From the NCBI GenBank assembly GCA_044352465.1, contig JBILDU010000077.1:1-14727 (forward strand): a stretch of DNA of 14,727 nt, written 5' to 3'. Of the stretch, positions 8,245 to 14,727 are shown piece after piece. Each line of letters opens with the position of its first letter. Position 1 is the stretch's first letter. The notes beneath the pieces were generated by a model. That model had not been told where the DNA came from and made no database searches. It saw nothing but the letters and a program-made list of their open reading frames with translations. Origin of the DNA: Bdellovibrionota bacterium (GTDB taxonomy: Bacteria > Bdellovibrionota_C > UBA2361). Made by a program: the position numbers and the translations under genes.

Positions 8245-8263
8245 GAGGACGCCTCTTTTTTTT
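8245..8263 (+). terminator. Possible weak intrinsic terminator after paralog A
   Basis: GAGG-ACG-CCTC followed by T8. The stem is only 4 bp and the T-tract runs into the -35 box of the next promoter. Confidence 0.3.
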
Positions 8264-8290
8264 GACCATCGCACCACGCTTCGATATAAC
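8262..8290 (+). promoter_or_regulatory. Sigma70 promoter of paralog B
   Basis: TTGACC (8262-8267), 17 bp, TATAAC (8285-8290), preceded by a T-tract. Again the track's TTG start coincides with the -35 box. Confidence 0.75.
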
Positions 8291-8318
8291 CGGGGGAGGC
8301 AACCCAACCGGCGCTACG

Positions 8319-10160
8319 ATGACTGAACACCACCAACCCCGCGTTCCCAAGCAAGGCGTTCCCGATTCGAATTATGCTCCGCACACCGTGCCTCCCTCAA
8401 CTCAAAACGCCAGGCCTATCGCGAGCGAGGGACCGTCTGTCGGAGACCCTCTGTCCCTCGCGGGAGCTTCACTCGGCCAGCCCCCTCTCGATACGATCAT
8501 GCAGCGTTACGCCCCGGCAGAGCTCTCCCTCGAGGGAGTAACGCTCGAGGATGCCTGCAGGGTTATTAACGAGGAGCTTCTTCCTAACGAGGATTTTTCT
8601 CTCGCACCCGATGAGCTTGGTCGATTCCTGGAGCAAACAGCTCGTGGACAAGCGCTCGACCGAACCCAGCTCGCCGATTTATCACCCCAGGGCATGGATC
8701 TCTTCATCCGCCAACTCATCACCCTACGCGGTGCCGAGCGGCAGCTCTCCGAGGAGGCTGGTGTCGAGTTTTCGATCAATGATCCGAACCACGACGGCTG
8801 TGTGGTGACGGTGACGGCCGGAAGCTCTCCGCAAACGTGTCGACTCACCATCGATTGGAGCGGCGAGCTCTCCTATCAGTCAAACTACTCACTTCAAGCT
8901 CGATGGGAGCGTGTTCAAGAAGTCCTTCTCGTTGCCGGAGAGATCGATACTGCATCGTGCAAAACAAGAGCGATCGATCTCCTCGCCCGTCGGTTTCAGC
9001 TCGAGGAGCGCGCCACCCTTGAGGTTGTAGCGCGAGATCTTCAGACCGCCGTTCCCTCGCAAGACCCTCACCTTTCGCAACGCCGCGATCTTCTCCCCCT
9101 GTGCGCCCTGCGGGTCCTTCCCGAGGAGGAGGACTCGCTGACCGATCTACAGGTCCGCTATGTACAGATCTACTCGCAGCTCGGCAAAATTACCGCTGGC
9201 CTTGAAACAAAGGTCGATTTTGACGCAGCCAAGATAGCCCGCTCGCACCTCGATCAGCTGGGCGAGATGCCGTATCTGTGGAATTCGCCGGTCGAAACCG
9301 CGCTTATCATGGTCGAGGATTACATTCTCGTGGTAACCCAAGCTTCAACCGGGCTCACCCTCCTTGAGGACTTAGCCGCGCTGGAACGTTACCGCCGCAA
9401 CTCGACAGAGGGCACTCAGGAGCCAACGATCGATGCACTCAGGTCGATTCAAGCTACCGACCCTTCCCCTGATGGGCTCGCGGCGATATTCAAAAAAACC
9501 GCGCTCCCGAATAAAGACTATTTTGTCGAGGCGATGCGCGACTTCGTCGAGGACGATTCGCCCACTGCCCGACAGCGGATTAAAGATGGGCTTCTCGATG
9601 CGATCATACAAAATAAGCCGGCAAGCGTTGTCCTCGCGCGAGAGTTTCAGGTGGCGGGTTGTGAATTCGATATAACCGCGGATTTGGACGACGTGCCTCC
9701 CGGTCCGGAGATTTCTATGGAAGAGGAAGACCTGGCGGCAGCAGAGGGCGAGGAGACCCGCGCCGGGGACGAGCCCAACGGCGAACCTGCGGATGAAAGT
9801 GCGGCGATGGGCGGAGAACCGGAAGAGGAAAGCCCTGAAGACATGGTCACAGTCTCACGCACTGCATTTGCTGCACCGCGAAGCGGTCGAGCGCTCTCGG
9901 ATGGTCCGGTGATCGGTTTTTTTGCAGGGGAAAAACATGAAAATGGCGACTCGTCATCTCATCACCCCAAACCGACGCTCTCGATAACGGTCGAGACGAG
10001 TCAAATAGAGGAGCCGTTTTTGCCTGTTGATTTCGCGACTGAATCTATCCGGTCGCTCGGTGGAGACCCGAGCGACCTCGCTCCGCTCGCTACCGTCACG
10101 AACCCGACACTCGGGGAGCGCCAGGTGTATATATCGGAATCGGTCAGCGTTATCTGCTAA
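8319..10160 (+). CDS. Hypothetical protein, paralog B of a tandem pair (unknown family), with an acidic low-complexity insert
   Basis: Long open frame (track 8262..10160). Preferred start is ATG 8319 (MTEHHQP, mirroring MEPHHP of paralog A, downstream of the promoter), 613 aa. Shares TLED, GCxVTxxAGSSP, DWxG, RWERV, STGxxLLEDLAALE, LPxKxYF, DGLL, REF and GER motifs with paralog A. Confidence 0.87.
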   Translation: MTEHHQPRVPKQGVPDSNYAPHTVPPSTQNARPIASEGPSVGDPLSLAGASLGQPPLDTIMQRYAPAELSLEGVTLEDACRVINEELLPNEDFSLAPDELGRFLEQTARGQALDRTQLADLSPQGMDLFIRQLITLRGAERQLSEEAGVEFSINDPNHDGCVVTVTAGSSPQTCRLTIDWSGELSYQSNYSLQARWERVQEVLLVAGEIDTASCKTRAIDLLARRFQLEERATLEVVARDLQTAVPSQDPHLSQRRDLLPLCALRVLPEEEDSLTDLQVRYVQIYSQLGKITAGLETKVDFDAAKIARSHLDQLGEMPYLWNSPVETALIMVEDYILVVTQASTGLTLLEDLAALERYRRNSTEGTQEPTIDALRSIQATDPSPDGLAAIFKKTALPNKDYFVEAMRDFVEDDSPTARQRIKDGLLDAIIQNKPASVVLAREFQVAGCEFDITADLDDVPPGPEISMEEEDLAAAEGEETRAGDEPNGEPADESAAMGGEPEEESPEDMVTVSRTAFAAPRSGRALSDGPVIGFFAGEKHENGDSSSHHPKPTLSITVETSQIEEPFLPVDFATESIRSLGGDPSDLAPLATVTNPTLGERQVYISESVSVIC

Positions 10161-10340
10161 GCAGCCTCCTGCGCATGCCTCTTTCAAAGCGAAGCGCAGC
10201 TAGCTAGCTTCGACTGTAGTTACAGCGAGCCCAGTCGAGCCGTCATGAGGGCGAGGTCAGGCAAACGGCGCGACGCGTAGAAAAGTCCATTTTTCGGGCT
10301 CTCCTTCGCGTCGCGACGGGTGCCTCCGCACCCCTCGGCA

Positions 10341-10958
10341 CTAGGATCGGCTCAGAAAATAGCCCAGATCGGCCGAGTCGATGCTGCCCGAGTTATCAAG
10401 ATCACAGTCGCCCGTGCCGCCCCAATTTTGGAGTAGCTCATCTAAGAAAACACACTTGAGCGCAGGAGGTGTCGGCGTCGGAGACGGGGTGGGTGTCGGC
10501 GTGGCCGAGTTGCCCCCACCGATGGTGACATCCCCACCAGTGACGGTAACCCCGTCAGCGATACGCGCACAGAGCGGAAGATTCGAGAGCTTCCCTACTT
10601 TCGAACGAGAGAGCTTGTTTCCTTTCTTGTCGACCAATGTATAGCGGTAAAGAGTTTTGCGATCGAGTCGGTCAAGAATGATTGATTTCCCACTAACGGT
10701 GCGCGCACGGATAAAAGCCTGCTGCCGCCGCAAACGCCACTTCCGCGACTGCTTATCGAGAACCTCGACCCGATAGCGCTTCAGGGTCACCTGGCGCTGC
10801 AGGGGCGCCGAAACCTCAAAGCCGAGGATACACCGCTGTTCCCCGAGGGTCTTGAGCTGAACCTCCCGCACACTCGGTGTGGCGGCATGAGCTGACTCAA
10901 GCACCAACAATCCAAGAGCTACGGTCGCGACGAGACGACTAAAATTTGAACCAAGCAT
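10341..10958 (-). CDS. Secreted protein: basic beta-rich domain, Pro/Thr linker, C-terminal dockerin/EF-hand-like module
   Basis: Track ORF 10341..11063. Met36 (10958) begins a good Sec signal peptide MLGSNFSRLVATVALGLLVLESAHA (AxA site), with GGGGGA upstream; 205 aa. Linker TPTPTPSPTPTPP; tail LLQNWGGTGDCDLDNSGSIDSADLGYFL has a DxDxSGxIDxxDL Ca-binding loop. Confidence 0.8.
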   Translation of the reverse strand: MLGSNFSRLVATVALGLLVLESAHAATPSVREVQLKTLGEQRCILGFEVSAPLQRQVTLKRYRVEVLDKQSRKWRLRRQQAFIRARTVSGKSIILDRLDRKTLYRYTLVDKKGNKLSRSKVGKLSNLPLCARIADGVTVTGGDVTIGGGNSATPTPTPSPTPTPPALKCVFLDELLQNWGGTGDCDLDNSGSIDSADLGYFLSRS

Positions 10959-11074
10959 AGACAATCCCCCAAACACTCCAAATGCGAGCTCCGTGCCCTT
11001 CTTTGGATTTTTCCCACCGACGAGATGCAGCCGAAACAGTTTCCGCTCTCCCATCCTTTTCAAAGCCTCCCACC

Positions 11075-11128
11075 CCTAGGAGTCATCTCAAAAATGAGCC
11101 CCTGCTCATTCTTGAGATGGCCGCTAGG
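11075..11128. repeat. 54-bp imperfect palindrome bounded by CCTAG/CTAGG (REP/MITE-like element or terminator)
   Basis: CCTAG-GAGTCATCTCAAAAATGAGC-CCCT-GCTCATTCTTGAGATGGCCG-CTAGG; 25-nt arms match at 21/25 positions; intergenic. Confidence 0.75.
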
Positions 11129-11221
11129 AGCGCATAAAAGCGCGGCCGATAATGCCTCACTTTTATACAGAAACCTACCACGTTAAGCTACTTGCGCGCG
11201 CCCCGCCCCCTGGTCCAGAAC

Positions 11222-11671
11222 TTAAGCCGCCAGACGAGAGCTGACGTCACCGTTTCGACCGATCACCAAAACCCGCCCAACCGAGTCTTCATGGCTATCA
11301 AGCCCCGGTTTCGTGGCGAAGCTAAATCGCCCAGTCACCCCATCCCGCTCCGGTTGGTCGATATGATGGGACTTATCGAGCTCCTGCGGCACGCTTTGGT
11401 ACGACGCACCGTCCCGAAATTGAAGCACGTTCGCTGGTCCCCGCACTCCGGTATCAAGGTCAGCATCCTGCACCACCTCCGGCTCACTCCCGAAAGAGCG
11501 ACTCCTCTGTTCATCGAAGGATAAAGGGGCGATATCGGTCTGCAGATCGGCGATGAGGGCAGCTCGGTCGGCCGCACCGAGGGTGACCGACCCATAACTC
11601 TCATCGAGCGCTTGGTCTTGTTCCTGTCGATTCGCACCTACATCGAGCTTTAACATAGGAGGAGGCCCCAT
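11222..11671 (-). CDS. Hypothetical acidic protein
   Basis: 149-aa ATG ORF filling the gap between two same-strand genes. A TAGAAT -10-like element lies at 11689-11694 (minus). No recognisable domain; C-terminus SSRLAA. Confidence 0.55.
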   Translation of the reverse strand: MGPPPMLKLDVGANRQEQDQALDESYGSVTLGAADRAALIADLQTDIAPLSFDEQRSRSFGSEPEVVQDADLDTGVRGPANVLQFRDGASYQSVPQELDKSHHIDQPERDGVTGRFSFATKPGLDSHEDSVGRVLVIGRNGDVSSRLAA

Positions 11672-11798
11672 AAGTTAGTCGGCGGGATATTCTACCGAGT
11701 CTCCTAACCTATCGAGGTAAAGCGGCGAACTGCTCCTTACTTTTTTGCGGCACAGAACGGCCCAACAGCAATAAGCGCAGCGACAACAATCAGTTAGG

Positions 11799-11827
11799 GC
11801 GGAAAATGTTAGCGGAAAATGTTAGCG
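11799..11827. repeat. Perfect 13-bp tandem duplication (GCGGAAAATGTTA x2 + GCG)
   Basis: Units at 11799-11811 and 11812-11824; overlaps the stop codon of the 11822..12268 gene. Confidence 0.85.
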
Positions 11828-12268
11828 ACTTTGGCGTGCCGCAACGATCTCTTGGCTCCGCTCGCGCAGACTATCCGGAGTATCGCTCCAGGCTACCCGC
11901 ATCGCGGTGAGAATGTTCGGCTCGCCGATGATGTGCGGCTTGCCGGGGGAGGACTCCTCCCCCGGTCTCGTCGCGTGCCGCGTCTCCTCAACGACCCGCA
12001 GCCCCTCGTTCGTAAGCGCCAAGTATCGCCGCGAGCAGACCGAGCCGACCGGACCGAAACCGCCCGAGTCGACAACCTCGACGCGATGCCTCCAACTCTG
12101 CGCGGAGAGTTGAACGATCTCTCCCGGGGGCACGACCCCCTTCAGCCCGCTCGATAGCTCGCGAAAAGCCTCACGAAGCCCAAAAACCCTGGCGATGTAG
12201 TTCGATTGGAACTCAGCTTCCCGCATCGTGGGATCGCTCATATTAACCACGGGTGGACGATTAAACAT
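11822..12268 (-). CDS. Hypothetical protein
   Basis: Track ORF 11822..12340. Preferred start is ATG 12268 (MFNRPPVV), with GGAG 7 nt upstream and a promoter further upstream; 148 aa; no recognisable domain. Confidence 0.65.
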   Translation of the reverse strand: MFNRPPVVNMSDPTMREAEFQSNYIARVFGLREAFRELSSGLKGVVPPGEIVQLSAQSWRHRVEVVDSGGFGPVGSVCSRRYLALTNEGLRVVEETRHATRPGEESSPGKPHIIGEPNILTAMRVAWSDTPDSLRERSQEIVAARQSR

Positions 12269-12343
12269 ATTGAAACTCCGAAGAACTTTTCTTGCCGCTT
12301 TTCGAGAGAAACAAAGCCGCGGCCTCAAAGCCGCGCTCACACA

Positions 12344-12372
12344 ATCCTAACATAGGCTTCGCATCGAGTCTA
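12344..12372 (-). promoter_or_regulatory. Putative sigma70 promoter of the 148-aa gene
   Basis: Minus strand TAGACT (12367-12372), 17 bp, TAGGAT (12344-12349) with an extended -10 TGn. Confidence 0.5.
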
Positions 12373-12583
12373 AGAGCCCTGAATCAAGGGGCCGTAGGGC
12401 GAACCGGACGAGATACGCGAGGGGACAGGAGAAGTGCGGAATCAAGGGTGAGCCTTAACGCTCTGATATCGCCTAAAGCATGCGGCGCAGGCGGGGCAAT
12501 GTGCTCCCTACTCTCCGAGTCCATTGCAGCTTGGGCTCACCGGCCCTATTGTGGTGGGATTAGGCCACTTTAGGTTACCCACG

Positions 12584-13201
12584 ATGGCGCCGCGATGCGA
12601 TAGATGCCGGATGCTTCAGACTTTATGTCTTTGCCCGGTGACGCCGATCCTCGAGACCAAAACTCGGGTCGTCGTTGTTATGCATGTAGCCGAGAGAAAT
12701 AAAACTTCAAATACCGCACGGCTCATCACTAATTCGCTACCCAACTCTGAGACCCGCTACCAAGGCGAGAGAGAGAAGCCACTCGACCTCTCGGGACTTA
12801 CCTCGCCTGAGCGTGAAACGTGGCTCCTCTTCCCCGAGACAGGTAACCCACCCATGATGCCGGAACAGATCGCTGCGCTCACGCGGCCAGTCACCCTGAT
12901 CGTCCCCGATGGAACGTGGAGTCAGGCCAAACACATCGCGGCCCACATCACCGCACAGACCGGGGCACGGCGGGTAACGATACCCGCTCTGGGACCCTCG
13001 AGGTATCGATTACGCATCGGACAGAAGCCGCACCATCTGTGTACCCTCGAGGCGGTCGCACGTCTTTTGGGCATGCTCGAATCTCCTCGGGTGCAAGAGG
13101 AGCTTGAAAAGTTACTCGGGATAATGGTCGAGCGGGTGCTCTTCACCCGCGCGAAGCTACCCCGTGGAACGACGGCGCAACAACTCGTTGCGAAGCGATG
13201 A
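12584..13201 (+). CDS. tapT: DTW domain protein, tRNA-uridine aminocarboxypropyltransferase (TapT/YfiP-like)
   Basis: N-terminal CDRC-x6-CLC Cys cluster, MHxxExxKTSNTARL, LLFP, the DTW motif in LIVPDGTWSQAK, SRYRLR and LCTLEA are all hallmark segments of DTW-family proteins. Start taken at ATG 12584 (205 aa) rather than TTG 12524. Confidence 0.9.
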   Translation: MAPRCDRCRMLQTLCLCPVTPILETKTRVVVVMHVAERNKTSNTARLITNSLPNSETRYQGEREKPLDLSGLTSPERETWLLFPETGNPPMMPEQIAALTRPVTLIVPDGTWSQAKHIAAHITAQTGARRVTIPALGPSRYRLRIGQKPHHLCTLEAVARLLGMLESPRVQEELEKLLGIMVERVLFTRAKLPRGTTAQQLVAKR

Positions 13202-13286
13202 CGAGGTCACGATAACCGGTCTCGCAGCTGGGAGCACGGGCTCGGGCCGTCGAGACCAGGTCTGCGACCGTGGCTACCTATTCTCT

Positions 13287-13336
13287 TTGACGCCTCCAAG
13301 ATGCGCGCTTTATAGTTTGCCCAACCTAATCGGAGG
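13287..13336 (+). promoter_or_regulatory. Sigma70 promoter and RBS of purT
   Basis: TTGACG (13287-13292), 18 bp, TATAGT (13311-13316); GGAGG at 13332-13336, 6 nt before ATG. Confidence 0.7.
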
Positions 13337-13342
13337 GATTCT

Positions 13343-14521
13343 ATGACGACTATCGGCACTCCACTTTCCCCCACCGCAACGCGGGTGCTCTTGTGTGGGG
13401 CCGGGGAACTCGGCAAGGAGGTGGTCATCGAGTTGCAACGCCTCGGTGTTGAGGTTATCGCCGTCGACCGATATGCCAACGCACCGGCGATGCAGGTAGC
13501 GCACCGCTCACACGTCATCTCGATGCTCGATGGTGCGGCGCTTCGAGCCGTCATCGAAAAAGAAAAACCTCACTATATTGTACCCGAGATCGAGGCGATT
13601 GCGACCGACACTCTCGGCGAACTTGAGCGGGAGGGATATACCGTTATACCGACCGCACGGGCGGCCAAGCTCACCATGAATCGGGAGGGAATCCGACGAC
13701 TGGCGGCTGAGGAGCTCAAATTGCGAACCTCACCGTATCGTTTTGCCGAGACAGAGACTGAGTATCGCGCTGCGATTCGAGACCTTGGTCTCCCCTGCAT
13801 GGTGAAACCAATCATGAGCTCGTCGGGAAAGGGCCAGAGTCTGGTGCGCTCAGAGACAGAGATCGAAGCCGCGTGGGACTACGCCCAGGCTGGGGGACGC
13901 GCTGGCAGAGGAAAGGTGATCGTTGAGGGATTCATCGATTTCGATTTTGAGATAACGCTTCTGACGGTGAGACACTCCGGCGGCACCTCTTTTTGCGAGC
14001 CGATCGGCCACAAACAGGTTGAGGGGGACTACCGCGAGTCGTGGCAACCGCAGCCGATGAGCGCGCCAGCACTCGCTGAGTCGAAGCGAATAGCCGGAGC
14101 GGTGACGGAAGCCTTAGGCGGCCGAGGGCTCTTTGGAGTTGAGCTCTTCATTAAAGGAGATGCGGTATATTTTAGCGAGGTCTCTCCTCGCCCACACGAC
14201 ACCGGACTCGTCACTCTGATATCTCAAGATCTGTCCCAATTCGCGCTACATGCTCGTGCTATCCTTGGGCTCCCGATTCCAGCTATCGAGCACTTTGGTC
14301 CGGCAGCATCAGCGGCGCTCGTCGTCTCAGGGCGTTCAACCCAGATTTCCTTTCAGAACATCGACGGCGCTCTCCGCGAAGCTCACACCCAACTAAGACT
14401 TTTTGGTAAGCCATCGGTGGATGGGCATCGCCGCATGGGGGTGACGCTTGCTCGAGATAACGATATCGAAAATGCGTGCGCCAAAGCGCTTCGGGCGCTG
14501 GCGGCTATTGTCCCTGCTTGA
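13343..14521 (+). CDS. purT: Formate-dependent phosphoribosylglycinamide formyltransferase (GAR transformylase 2, ATP-grasp)
   Basis: 392 aa with [92 protein letters not shown] and RLFGKP..GHRRMGV motifs. Confidence 0.98.
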   Translation: MTTIGTPLSPTATRVLLCGAGELGKEVVIELQRLGVEVIAVDRYANAPAMQVAHRSHVISMLDGAALRAVIEKEKPHYIVPEIEAIATDTLGELEREGYTVIPTARAAKLTMNREGIRRLAAEELKLRTSPYRFAETETEYRAAIRDLGLPCMVKPIMSSSGKGQSLVRSETEIEAAWDYAQAGGRAGRGKVIVEGFIDFDFEITLLTVRHSGGTSFCEPIGHKQVEGDYRESWQPQPMSAPALAESKRIAGAVTEALGGRGLFGVELFIKGDAVYFSEVSPRPHDTGLVTLISQDLSQFALHARAILGLPIPAIEHFGPAASAALVVSGRSTQISFQNIDGALREAHTQLRLFGKPSVDGHRRMGVTLARDNDIENACAKALRALAAIVPA

Positions 14522-14581
14522 AGATACGCACTTTCGAGGATTCTCTGGGGCGAGGGTAGCTCAGAGGGCCGTCCATCGAGC

Positions 14582-14725
14582 TCATGACAGCCCCGCAACG
14601 GGCACGCCAACCGGTTCAAAAGGTTCGCGCACCTCAAAGCCGCTCCGCACGATGGTCTTTGCCTCAAAAGAGCTCCGTTCGGCCTGGTGCGCCTCGGGGC
14701 TGCGGCGGCGCGTAAACGCTGGAGT
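14582..14725 (-). CDS. Possible 3' end of a gene entering from beyond the window
   Basis: A minus-strand frame open from the window edge reads TPAFTRRRSPEAHQAERSSFEAKTIVRSGFEVREPFEPVGVPVAGLS* and stops ~60 nt after purT (convergent). Too short to verify. Confidence 0.3.
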   Translation of the reverse strand, partial: TPAFTRRRSPEAHQAERSSFEAKTIVRSGFEVREPFEPVGVPVAGLS

Positions 14726-14727
14726 TT

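Noticed and set aside
10255..10295. GGCAAAC...GAAA resembling a c-di-GMP-I riboswitch
   Set aside because: The following GACGCAAAGC junction and P2/P3 layout are absent, and the site is between convergent 3' ends rather than in a leader.
11738..11793. Minus-strand short frame LIVVAALIAVGPFCAAKK* resembling a branched-chain amino-acid attenuator leader peptide
   Set aside because: No ATG/GTG start or RBS (preceded directly by a stop), no terminator/antiterminator pair, and no ilv/leu genes downstream.
11192..12573. Plus-strand ORFs 11192..11524, 11819..12157 and 12292..12573
   Set aside because: They are antisense to minus-strand ORFs that have promoter/RBS support, or lack an RBS; composition looks non-coding.
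13202..13280. Possible ZMP/ZTP (pfl) or purine riboswitch upstream of purT (GGTCTCG/CGAGACC stem, GGGAGCAC)
   Set aside because: It lacks the GACUGGCG 5' strand and the CGCCUGGGC 3' hairpin of the pfl motif, and lies upstream of the predicted purT promoter.
14547..14630. tRNA-like words (GGTAGCTCAG, CTCATGA, CCCCGCAAC, GGTTCAAA) after purT
   Set aside because: The elements are out of order, and the anticodon, T and acceptor stems do not pair; no cloverleaf forms.
1..14727. CRISPR array, transposase, integrase, or recognisable defence/toxin-antitoxin genes
   Set aside because: No regularly spaced repeat-spacer units, and no DDE, tyrosine/serine recombinase, nuclease or NTPase motifs were recognised in any ORF.

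Overview
Bacterial, moderately GC-rich window. The S1 sequence and general protein style suggest a deltaproteobacteria-like or Bdellovibrionota-like lineage, which is inference only. Three housekeeping genes are clear: rpsA (ribosomal protein S1, minus strand, with a strong intrinsic terminator and a structured leader lacking a Shine-Dalgarno), a DTW-domain tRNA acp3U transferase (tapT/yfiP-like) and purT. They are interspersed with uncharacterised genes. (1) A 1057-aa exported mosaic surface protein: TSP3 Ca-binding repeat, endostatin/DUF1554-like domain, Cys module, two Ig-like repeats and a GLUG-type C-terminus. (2) A divergent 194-aa orphan with a possible OmpR/PhoB-like winged helix, preceded by three TCTGA repeats at exact 11-bp phase. 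(3) A tandem pair of full-length ~570-610-aa paralogs of unknown family, each with its own near-consensus sigma70 promoter. (4) A secreted basic protein with a PT linker and a dockerin-like tail. (5) Two small orphans. No rRNA, tRNA, CRISPR array, transposase or integrase was recognised. The best candidates for something undescribed are the paralog pair, the 194-aa putative regulator with its phased repeats, and the three-hairpin rpsA leader. All assignments are by eye; no database searches were run.
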